Virus record (IMG/VR): IMGVR_UViG_3300045988_038873
Coordinates: 1-31,269 of that record
Strand: one strand, 5' to 3'
Origin: a virus
Length of the DNA: 31,269 bases
Shown piece after piece: positions 7,705 through 14,649 of the stretch (its first letter is position 1; each line of letters starts with the position of its first letter). Below the pieces are notes generated by a model, which worked only from the letters and a program-made list of their open reading frames with translations, was not told the DNA's origin and searched no databases. A program made the position numbers and the translations under genes.

Positions 7705-8431
7705 AATTATTAAGAACAAAAACTATACAGTGATGAGCAATACACATTTAAAAGATAAACGCTTATCACTAAAAGCAATAGGCTTGTTAAGCGTTGTTCT
7801 TGGCTTACCGGAAGATTGGCATTATACAGTAAATGGATTAGTTGGAATTGTAAAAGATGGGAAAGATTCAGTTGAAAGTGCAATTAAGGAATTAAAAAAG
7901 AATGGATATTTAAGAGTAGAGAAGATATATCCTAATGAAAATAGTAATAGGATTCAATATCAATATACATTCTTTGAGAATCCTCAAGAGGTGGATTTTC
8001 AAACCCTTGAAAATCAAGGTATTGAAAAGCAAGGTGTTGAAACTCAAGTACTTGAAAACCCCTACACTTATAAAGATACTAATAAACAAAATACTAATAA
8101 ATTAAATACTAATACACAAAGTAAACATAAATACGGAGAATATCAACACGTTCTATTAACAGATAAAGAACACACACACCTATTAGATTTATATGGTAAC
8201 TCATTGGATAAACATATAAAGATTCTTGATGAATATATTGAGACATCAGGAAAGAAATACAAGAACCATTCACTAGTGATTCAGAAGTGGGTACATGATG
8301 AATGGATGAAAAGAAATAAGAACAATCCTGTAAAACTTGATTCTAAATTCTATGCACAAGAAAGCAGTCAATCGTATGCAGATGTACATAAGGAAATGGA
8401 AAGGGTTAGAAAGGAAATATTAGGAGCATAG
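7691..8431 (+). CDS. Replisome organizer / DnaD-like replication initiation protein (start ATA 7691 favoured; TTG 7676 possible)
   Basis: Winged-helix N-terminus (NYTVMSNTHLKDKRLSLKAIGLL..KELKKNGYL) and a DnaD-like C-terminus (YGEYQHVLLTDKEH..YKNHSLVIQKWV). GGAGGTGA (7678-7685) lies 5 nt before the ATA. Iterons lie inside the gene. Confidence 0.65.
   Translation: MAVIRIIKNKNYTVMSNTHLKDKRLSLKAIGLLSVVLGLPEDWHYTVNGLVGIVKDGKDSVESAIKELKKNGYLRVEKIYPNENSNRIQYQYTFFENPQEVDFQTLENQGIEKQGVETQVLENPYTYKDTNKQNTNKLNTNTQSKHKYGEYQHVLLTDKEHTHLLDLYGNSLDKHIKILDEYIETSGKKYKNHSLVIQKWVHDEWMKRNKNNPVKLDSKFYAQESSQSYADVHKEMERVRKEILGA
8007..8120 (+). repeat. Two sets of 15-bp-period iterons (candidate phage origin of replication) inside the replisome organizer gene
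   Basis: TTGAAAAnCAAGGTn-like units begin at 8007, 8022, 8037 and 8052. ATACTAATAa units begin at 8076, 8091 and 8106. Confidence 0.6.
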
Positions 8432-8449
8432 AAAGAGAGATAAATAAAT

Positions 8450-8965
8450 ATGACAAGTAAAGATATTGAATTGATTAAAGAAATGCTTCAAATGCAAGCC
8501 AAATTGGATGAAGCAATTATGAAAGAATACGGATTAACTAAAATTGATGAAGAGAAGTTGTGCTTCGCTATTCTAGATGAAGTCGGTGAGTTGACTCACG
8601 AACTCAAAGCAAATTGGTGTTGGTGGAAAAAGACTCAAGCACCGGTTGACGATAAAAAGGTTTTAGGCGAATTAGTCGATGTTTGGCATTTCGTGTTAAG
8701 TTATCAAAATAACTTTTACAATGGAACTTCCATTTGTGATAATATTGATAATTTTCTTAACGGTTGCGGATTGTATATAGAAATGATTGTCAATGAACAA
8801 ATTCCGTTATCAATTATACTTTGTGACATTATTCAATTTAAATTACATAAAGTACATGCATTAATCGCAATAACAGAATATCTTGGCTTCACAATTGAAC
8901 AAGTATATGAAGCTTATTGCGGAAAGAATAAAATCAACTATCAAAGACTAGAAAGTGGGTACTAG
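8450..8965 (+). CDS. Dimeric (all-alpha) dUTPase / MazG-like nucleotide pyrophosphohydrolase
   Basis: The ILDEVGELTHELK..WKK and ELVDVWHFVLS motifs are typical of dimeric phage dUTPases. Confidence 0.6.
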   Translation: MTSKDIELIKEMLQMQAKLDEAIMKEYGLTKIDEEKLCFAILDEVGELTHELKANWCWWKKTQAPVDDKKVLGELVDVWHFVLSYQNNFYNGTSICDNIDNFLNGCGLYIEMIVNEQIPLSIILCDIIQFKLHKVHALIAITEYLGFTIEQVYEAYCGKNKINYQRLESGY

Positions 8966-8967
8966 GC

Positions 8968-9207
8968 ATGTGGATTAGAAGCCAAGATGGAAAAATTTTA
9001 ATGGATTGCGACTTTTTCGCAATTGAAGAACACGGCGTTAAATATGCAGTGATTACATTAAGTGGCAAAAGTGGTATAAGCGTTAATTTAGGTACATATA
9101 CTACTAAATATAAAGCTTTAGCAGTTTTAAACGATATTCAAGAATGGTACGAATGTTCATACGGTGAAGCATTCCAAATGCCACAAGATGAGGAGGATGA
9201 TTTTTAA
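8968..9207 (+). CDS. Hypothetical protein
   Basis: 79-aa ORF with an ATG start and an acidic C-terminus. Confidence 0.5.
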   Translation: MWIRSQDGKILMDCDFFAIEEHGVKYAVITLSGKSGISVNLGTYTTKYKALAVLNDIQEWYECSYGEAFQMPQDEEDDF

Positions 9208-9317
9208 AAAATCTTTTATTCATATACGGAATGTGGAATGGCAAATTCAATAAAAATTTTAACTGCAAATGAGTTAAAAGCAGTTAACAAACAGGTTGAA
9301 GAATTGGGGTGGATATA

Positions 9318-9914
9318 ATGAACGCTAGAGAAATGTTTGAAGAATTAGGTTATTCATTAAAAGTGGAACACAATGATTTCATAGAGTATTCAAAAGAAGA
9401 TTGTGGTCATATAGATTTCTATTTTCTTATTGAGACAAAGAGATTTTACTCAAGGTATTGTTTTTCCCCAAGTTTTCAGTCAACGGCTCATAGTATTACA
9501 CTAGATGAGTTCGAAGCAGTTCAAAAGCAAATGGAAGAATTGGGTTGGTTTGAAGGAAAAAAAGAGTCTAACCTTGAACATTATAAAGAAGAAATCAAAA
9601 GTGCAGGCTATGACTTTGCACTAGTGAATGGAAAACCAACAACGTGCAAATGGATTTTGTGCGACCAATGTTTTTTCAAAGATAGGATACTTTGTGCTAA
9701 AAAGAGAATTGAATGGATGTTAAAACCATTTAAGCGAAAGTATAAATTAACTCAGTTTGAATATGATTTATTGCAAAGTTATGCAAGCGGATATAAGTTT
9801 AAAGATATAATGCCTTTAATCGTAATGAAAGAAAAAGGGTATTTCAAAGACATTAATAAGGATGAAAAAATTACAGATATTTTATGGAATTGTGGGGTAA
9901 TAAAAAATGATTAA
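9318..9914 (+). CDS. Hypothetical protein
   Basis: ORF 9309-9914. The ATG at 9318 follows GGGGTGG. N-terminus is MNAREMFEELGY. Confidence 0.5.
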   Translation: MNAREMFEELGYSLKVEHNDFIEYSKEDCGHIDFYFLIETKRFYSRYCFSPSFQSTAHSITLDEFEAVQKQMEELGWFEGKKESNLEHYKEEIKSAGYDFALVNGKPTTCKWILCDQCFFKDRILCAKKRIEWMLKPFKRKYKLTQFEYDLLQSYASGYKFKDIMPLIVMKEKGYFKDINKDEKITDILWNCGVIKND

Positions 9915-10389
9915 TGTAGCAGTAATAGCAGGACATCTAACTAAAGATGTCGAATTATCAAAAACACAAAATGGAAATAGCGTAGCAAAGTTTACAGTAG
10001 CAGTAAATGGATACAATGACACTACAGATTTTATTAATTGTGTGGCATGGAATAAATTAGCAGATATTGTAAATATGTATTGCAAGAAAGGTGATTTAGT
10101 TACAGTTGAAGGAAGAATCAGTGTTAGAAATTATGAGAACCAACAAGGACAAAGAATTTATATCACTGAAGTTGTAGCTAGTAACGTACAATTACCGCCT
10201 AAAAACACTTCTAATGGGCAGAATTATAGTTCTAATGTAAATGCATATCAATATCCAAATCAAGCAAATAGCAACGCTTACGGCGTTCAAAACACATATA
10301 CGCAACCTAGTTTAACACAACAGATTGCACAACAAGAATATAACGGTGAAAGCGATTTAGATATTGCTTCAGATGATTTACCATTCTAG
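9907..10389 (+). CDS. ssb: Single-stranded DNA-binding protein
   Basis: OB-fold N-terminus (MINVAVIAGHLTKDVEL..FTVAVN..F..CVAWNKLA), a Q/N/Y-rich linker, and a C-terminal acidic tip DIASDDLPF. Confidence 0.9.
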   Translation: MINVAVIAGHLTKDVELSKTQNGNSVAKFTVAVNGYNDTTDFINCVAWNKLADIVNMYCKKGDLVTVEGRISVRNYENQQGQRIYITEVVASNVQLPPKNTSNGQNYSSNVNAYQYPNQANSNAYGVQNTYTQPSLTQQIAQQEYNGESDLDIASDDLPF

Positions 10390-10401
10390 GAGGTGGCATT
10401 A

Positions 10402-10731
10402 ATAGAAATGAATTATGAAGAAGTTAAAAAGCATTTTCTATGTGAATGCCAATCGTACACATATTATGAGCAAAAGATAGCAGAGCTACAAAGGGATGAA
10501 GCTATTTATCCATTAAAAGCCGAGCTATTCTTAGCTCATGCAGATTATGCAAGAAGAATGAACTATGTAAAAGACAAATTAAGCCAACTTGATGATACGA
10601 CTCGAACAATGATTGAGTATAGATATATAAAGGGATTCAGTGCAGAAAAGACATCTAATATTGTAGGTTATGCAAGAGAAGAAATTCCAAGAAAGATAAA
10701 CAAGAATTTGAAGAAAGTGCTCACAATGTGA
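10402..10731 (+). CDS. ArpU-family / sigma-region-4-like late transcription regulator (start ATA 10402 or ATG 10408)
   Basis: C-terminal HTH (TRTMIEYRYIKGFSAEKTSNIVGYAREEIPRKINKNLKK), at the last position of the early module. AGGAGG (10388-10393) lies 8 nt before the ATA and 14 nt before the ATG. Confidence 0.6.
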   Translation: MEMNYEEVKKHFLCECQSYTYYEQKIAELQRDEAIYPLKAELFLAHADYARRMNYVKDKLSQLDDTTRTMIEYRYIKGFSAEKTSNIVGYAREEIPRKINKNLKKVLTM

Positions 10732-10740
10732 GCATTTTTT
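10719..10740 (+). terminator. Palindrome GCTCACAATGTGAGC plus T-tract (terminator of the early operon)
   Basis: Hairpin at 10719-10733 followed by TTTTTT (10735-10740), overlapping the stop codon of the regulator gene. Confidence 0.6.
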
Positions 10741-10742
10741 CA

Positions 10743-10751
10743 TGTAATAAT
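10743..10751 (+). promoter_or_regulatory. Extended -10-like element (TGtAATAAT) 6 nt upstream of the tRNA 5' end
   Basis: TG at 10743-10744 and AATAAT at 10746-10751. The tRNA position 1 (A10758) would be near +1. No -35 was identified. Confidence 0.3.
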
Positions 10752-10757
10752 TGTTTT

Positions 10758-10833
10758 AGCAGGATAGAGCAGTAGTAGCTCACTAGTCTTATTAGCTAGA
10801 GGTCGAATGGTGCAAATCCTTCTCCTGCAACCA
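10758..10833 (+). tRNA. Initiator-like tRNA with anticodon UAU (reads AUA) and atypical D and T arms
   Basis: Acceptor AGCAGGA/TCCTGCA has six Watson-Crick pairs and an A1xA72 mismatch. Then TA, D stem GAGC/GCTC (A11:T24) and D loop AGTAGTA. Anticodon stem is CTAGT/GCTAG, with loop CTTATTA (anticodon TAT at 10790-10792). Variable loop is AGGTC. T arm is GAA(T)GG-TGCAAAT-CCTTC. A73 and CCA are encoded. Confidence 0.6.
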
Positions 10834-10917
10834 TGTTTACAAAGCCTATCAGTAAGTCCTTCCCAAATTAGATATTAAATACCAACAATGGCATACAAAA
10901 TTAGGCTTTGATATATT

Positions 10918-10942
10918 ACCGAGCGTTTGTCTCGGTTCTTTT
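10918..10942 (+). terminator. Rho-independent terminator
   Basis: ACCGAG-CGTTTGT-CTCGGT followed by TCTTTT. It lies 19 nt before the strong SD/ATG of the next operon. Confidence 0.7.
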
Positions 10943-10960
10943 AATAATAAGGAGGAGAAT

Positions 10961-11206
10961 ATGGATTCAAGAAAATTTCATGATTTAGCAATCAATGCAG
11001 TATTGCAAGTAAACCAAAATATTGAGGTAAGTGAAATGTTCGTTGTATGGATGTGTAAGACGCTACAGAACAATAAAGCATTAATCGGTGTACATCATTC
11101 ACCCAATTATTATGAGGTAACGTATAACGGCGATAAAAAGGAGTTATACGTTGATGAATACATCAAGAATACAAATACTTGTCTAAATGTAAATGACGCT
11201 CTATGA
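10961..11206 (+). CDS. Hypothetical protein
   Basis: The ATG follows AAGGAGGAGAAT. 81 aa. Confidence 0.55.
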   Translation: MDSRKFHDLAINAVLQVNQNIEVSEMFVVWMCKTLQNNKALIGVHHSPNYYEVTYNGDKKELYVDEYIKNTNTCLNVNDAL

Positions 11207-11226
11207 GTTTAAAAAAGGGGGATAAA

Positions 11227-11730
11227 ATGGAGATTATTAGATTAAAAATTAATGACATTACACCTTACGAAAAGAACGCAAAGATTCATACTGAAGCACA
11301 AATTGAACAAATTAAGAAATCTATTCAAGAATTCGGCATGAATGACCCAATCGCCGTATGGGGTAAAAACAATACAATCGTTGAAGGTCATGGGCGTTTA
11401 GAAGCCTTAAAGCAATTAGGCTATACAGAAGTTGACTGTATCAGACTAGACCATTTGACAGATGAAGAAAGAAAAGCCTATACACTTGCTCACAATAAAA
11501 TCAATATGAATACAGGATTCGACATTGATTTGTTAGATGAAGAATTAGACAGTATCGAAGATATTGATATGTCTGATTTTGGCTTTACTGAGCAGGATAT
11601 TGATTGGGACAATGTAGAAGATTTAAGTGATGATTCTTATGAAGAACCTCAACATGAAATGTGGAAATGCCCTCAGTGTGGACACGTAGATAGAAAAGAA
11701 CACTTTAAAGGAGTTCGTGACAATGAATAA
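11227..11730 (+). CDS. ParB-like nuclease domain (ParB/Srx fold) protein with C-terminal zinc ribbon
   Basis: The ATG at 11227 follows AAGGGGGAT. ParBc motifs are present (I..L.INDITPYEKNAKIH, IVEGHGRLEAL). The linker is acidic, and the C-terminus has WKCPQCGH. Confidence 0.75.
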   Translation: MEIIRLKINDITPYEKNAKIHTEAQIEQIKKSIQEFGMNDPIAVWGKNNTIVEGHGRLEALKQLGYTEVDCIRLDHLTDEERKAYTLAHNKINMNTGFDIDLLDEELDSIEDIDMSDFGFTEQDIDWDNVEDLSDDSYEEPQHEMWKCPQCGHVDRKEHFKGVRDNE

Positions 11731-11742
11731 AACTACACCTAA

Positions 11743-12498
11743 TTGAAAATATTTCTAAGTGCATTAGAGGTAAAACGAGGTAAGAAACCATTATCAAGAA
11801 TCTTAGTCGAGCAAGGCATTCAAATGAAATATAACCTAATGTCTTATTACTACCTAAGAAAGAATTTAAATGACGCATATTTCATAAAAGAGAACAGTCA
11901 ATTAGTAATCATAGACAGTGGAGCGCATAGTTTCCAAAAAGGGACAAAAGTTGATTGGGTAGAATATACCAAGCAATACGCAGAATTTATCAAAGAATTT
12001 GATGAGGACAAGGTTGTAGGATATTTTGAAATGGATGTAGACAACATCTTAGGCTATGAAAAGGTATTAGAGTTAAGAAAAATATTAGAATCTGTATCTG
12101 ATAAGATTATTCCTGTATGGCATAAGAACAGAGGAATACAAGACTTCAAAGATATGTGTAAGAAATATCAAGGTAAGGTCGTAGCAATTACAGGATTCAA
12201 GAATGAAGACATTAAAGATGAACAATACATTATGTTTTTGAAATATGCAAAGAAATATAATTGTAAAGTTCATTGTCTTGGTATGACAAGAAAAAAAGTG
12301 CTTGATAGAGTGCCGTTTGATTATTGTGATTCAAGTACATGGGTACAACAATCAGTTTATGGGCGTATCAATGGGCTAGGCAAAGTATCAAGAGAAATGT
12401 CAAGGACAAATAAAGAACAAGTAATGATAGAGAATTATAAGCAATTTATGCAAATGCAAGAAAAATATGAGCAAAAATGGAGGAACGTGAATAAATAG
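11743..12498 (+). CDS. dpdA: DpdA-like DNA-guanine transglycosylase (TGT superfamily)
   Basis: VIIDSGAHSFQKG resembles the TGT DSGGFQ motif. PFDYCDSSTW resembles the second catalytic Asp region of DpdA proteins. It sits next to QueT-like and ParB-like genes. TTG start, with no nearby SD. Confidence 0.6.
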   Translation: MKIFLSALEVKRGKKPLSRILVEQGIQMKYNLMSYYYLRKNLNDAYFIKENSQLVIIDSGAHSFQKGTKVDWVEYTKQYAEFIKEFDEDKVVGYFEMDVDNILGYEKVLELRKILESVSDKIIPVWHKNRGIQDFKDMCKKYQGKVVAITGFKNEDIKDEQYIMFLKYAKKYNCKVHCLGMTRKKVLDRVPFDYCDSSTWVQQSVYGRINGLGKVSREMSRTNKEQVMIENYKQFMQMQEKYEQKWRNVNK

Positions 12499-12946
12499 AA
12501 ATAAGACGATAGCTTTTAATGCAGTAATGTGTGCATTGTATGTTGTAGCAACGACAATTAACCCAATCGGATATGGAGTATTTCAATTTAGGGTTAGTGA
12601 ATTAATGACAGTATTTCCTGTTCACTTCAAAAAAGCACGTATCGGATTGCTTTTAGGAGTAGCAATAGCAAATGCAATGAGTCCATTGGGATTTATTGAT
12701 GTATTCTGTGGGACATTAACGGCAGGATTATTGTATTACCTAATTGATAGACTACCGGTACACAATTACATTAAATACATTCTATATTCATTAGAAGTAG
12801 GATTAATTATTGGTTGGGAATTACAGTTGGTATATCATATGCCATTTGCATTAACATTCTTTACTACATTTATTCCGGAAATGATTCTATGCATTATCGG
12901 TGATTTATTAGCAAAGAAATTAAAGCATTATGTAAATATTGATTAG
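12491..12946 (+). CDS. queT: QueT-family queuosine-precursor (preQ0/preQ1) transporter, apparent ATA start
   Basis: Multi-TM protein with FQFRVSEL and GVAIANAMSPLGFIDVFCGTL motifs. The ATA at 12491 is the first codon after an in-frame TGA and lies 6 nt after GGAGGA (12479-12484). This adds KTIAFNAV to the first TM segment. Confidence 0.7.
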   Translation: MNRNKTIAFNAVMCALYVVATTINPIGYGVFQFRVSELMTVFPVHFKKARIGLLLGVAIANAMSPLGFIDVFCGTLTAGLLYYLIDRLPVHNYIKYILYSLEVGLIIGWELQLVYHMPFALTFFTTFIPEMILCIIGDLLAKKLKHYVNID

Positions 12947-12959
12947 AGGTGATAGACAC

Positions 12960-13328
12960 ATGGCAAGAAAAAAAATTATTAATCAAAAACAATTTGAAGC
13001 GTTATGTGAGATTCAATGCACAAAGGATGAAATCTGCGCCGTGTTAGATGTATCAGACAAAACATTAGACAGATGGTGTAAAGAAACATATGAAACGTCA
13101 TTCTCCGATATTTTCAGACAAAAAAGGCAAGGAGGGTGTGCAAGCCTAAGAGCGAAGCAGTGGAAACTAGCTTCAAAAAGTCCTGCTATGGCTATTTTCT
13201 TAGGAAAACAATTCCTAGGTCAAACTGATAAGGTAGAAACACATTTTGACGCTTCAGAAGTAAATGCAATTAATAAAGCTATGATTACAGATGTAGCAAA
13301 AGAAAGAAGAATTGAAGATTTTGAATAA
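12960..13328 (+). CDS. terS: Terminase small subunit
   Basis: The ATG at 12960 follows AGAGGTGA. N-terminal HTH (FEALCEIQCTKDEICAVLDVSDKTLDRW). It lies directly upstream of terL. Confidence 0.7.
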   Translation: MARKKIINQKQFEALCEIQCTKDEICAVLDVSDKTLDRWCKETYETSFSDIFRQKRQGGCASLRAKQWKLASKSPAMAIFLGKQFLGQTDKVETHFDASEVNAINKAMITDVAKERRIEDFE

Positions 13329-14646
13329 GCCTGCGCCTTTCAATCAAAAGCAATTAACTTATCTTAAAAAGACATTTGATTCATGGCTTAATGTGTTAGA
13401 AGGTGGTAAGCGTGGAGGAAAGAACGTACTCAACACATACGCTTTCTGCATTGCATTAGAAACACATCCGGATAAGTTTCATCTAATAGCAGGAACAGAT
13501 ACATCATCTGCACGTGTTAATATTGGAGATTGTAACGGATACGGCTTACAAAACTATTTTGCGAATAGATTTAAAGTTGGAAAGTATGAAGGTAAAGATT
13601 GTTATTACATCAACACAAAGGTGGGAGAAAAGGTTGTATTCTTTGCAGGCGGTGCGAAGAAAGGTTCAGAGAATGCAATACATGGTTATTCATACGGCAT
13701 GGCTTACGTTACCGAAGCGAATTTATGTTGTATAGAGTTCTTACAAGAAGTGATGGATAGAACAATAGCGTCAAGCAATCGAAAGATATTTCATGATTTA
13801 AACCCAAAAGGAAAGAATCATTGGTATTACACAGATTTCTTGAAATATCATGAGGAGCAACAGAATAAAGATTCTACATATGGTTACAACTATGGGCATA
13901 CCACCTTAGTTGACAATTATTCTTTAAGTGATGAGCAAATAAGAACGGTCTTGAAATCATACGATAAGAATAGCGTTTATTACAAAAGAGATATAAAAGG
14001 GCAAAGGGAAGAAGCCGAAGGACTTGTATTCCCTTATTTTGCTAATGACTGCAAACCTTACCTATTTAAATATCAGAGTCTAAAAGAAAAGATGAATGAA
14101 ACAGGAAAAAGGTTCAGTCATTTAATCATAGGCGTTGATTTTGGAGACAATGGCTCAAAGTATTCGTGGCACTTAACAGGGTTTACAAATGATTGGGATT
14201 ATGTGTGGGCACTTGATGAGGGAGATATGGAGAAATCAAACTCAATAGACGCAACAAAGTTTTGCAAAGCATTTGTAAGATTCTATAAGCGTTGTATTGA
14301 ATGTTACGGATATGTTGAATGGATATTTCCGGACAGTGCTTCTAATACGTTGATAAACACGCTTAGAGCTTATTTTTACGCCGAAGGATTAGACGGAAGT
14401 ATAATTGCACCGGTTAAGAAGAATGAGCTTACAGACCGCCCTATAACGGTTGATAGCTTACTTGTTACAGGTAGATTGAAGATAGAAGAACATTGTAAGA
14501 ACTTAATAAACGCATTGAGCGAATTGGTATGGGATGAAAAGAAAGACATTCCAAAAGATGAGAACGTAAACAATATCAATGATGATTGGGATTCGTTCTG
14601 CTATACATTTATCACACATAGTGGATATATAGATTTAAGGAGGTAA
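13312..14646 (+). CDS. terL: Terminase large subunit (PBSX-type)
   Basis: Walker A-like LEGGKRGGKN, a nuclease-domain-like C-terminal half, and position between terS and portal. TTG start. Confidence 0.85.
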   Translation: MKILNKPAPFNQKQLTYLKKTFDSWLNVLEGGKRGGKNVLNTYAFCIALETHPDKFHLIAGTDTSSARVNIGDCNGYGLQNYFANRFKVGKYEGKDCYYINTKVGEKVVFFAGGAKKGSENAIHGYSYGMAYVTEANLCCIEFLQEVMDRTIASSNRKIFHDLNPKGKNHWYYTDFLKYHEEQQNKDSTYGYNYGHTTLVDNYSLSDEQIRTVLKSYDKNSVYYKRDIKGQREEAEGLVFPYFANDCKPYLFKYQSLKEKMNETGKRFSHLIIGVDFGDNGSKYSWHLTGFTNDWDYVWALDEGDMEKSNSIDATKFCKAFVRFYKRCIECYGYVEWIFPDSASNTLINTLRAYFYAEGLDGSIIAPVKKNELTDRPITVDSLLVTGRLKIEEHCKNLINALSELVWDEKKDIPKDENVNNINDDWDSFCYTFITHSGYIDLRR

Positions 14647-14649
14647 GAA

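Noticed and set aside
9238-9318. 26-aa ORF (MANSIKILTANELKAVNKQVEELGWI) in the 9208-9317 gap
   Set aside because: It is too short, has only a weak SD, and belongs to no recognisable family. It is noted only because VEELGW recurs as MEELGW in the downstream protein. Support is insufficient to call a gene.
10759-10833. Alternative tRNA fold with acceptor GCAGGAT/CTCCTGC and an ungapped T arm (GAATG / GTGCAAA / TCCTT)
   Set aside because: The T stem would have almost no Watson-Crick pairs. Pair 7:66 would be T:C. The 3' end would read ACCA out of register. The fold with one bulged T in the T stem pairs much better and places CCA correctly.
10758-10833. Ordinary elongator tRNA-Ile(UAU) that simply supplies the abundant internal ATA codons
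   Set aside because: Not fully excluded, but disfavoured. The A1xA72 mismatch, G2:C71/C3:G70, A11:T24, A73 and the overall resemblance to tRNA-fMet are initiator hallmarks. The phage also has many SD-positioned ATA starts. The missing three G:C pairs in the anticodon stem remain a caveat.
10834-10960. preQ1 riboswitch upstream of the ParB/DpdA/QueT operon
   Set aside because: I could not recognise the preQ1-I, -II or -III consensus elements by eye. Only a generic hairpin terminator and one long-range inverted repeat are visible. An Rfam scan is needed.
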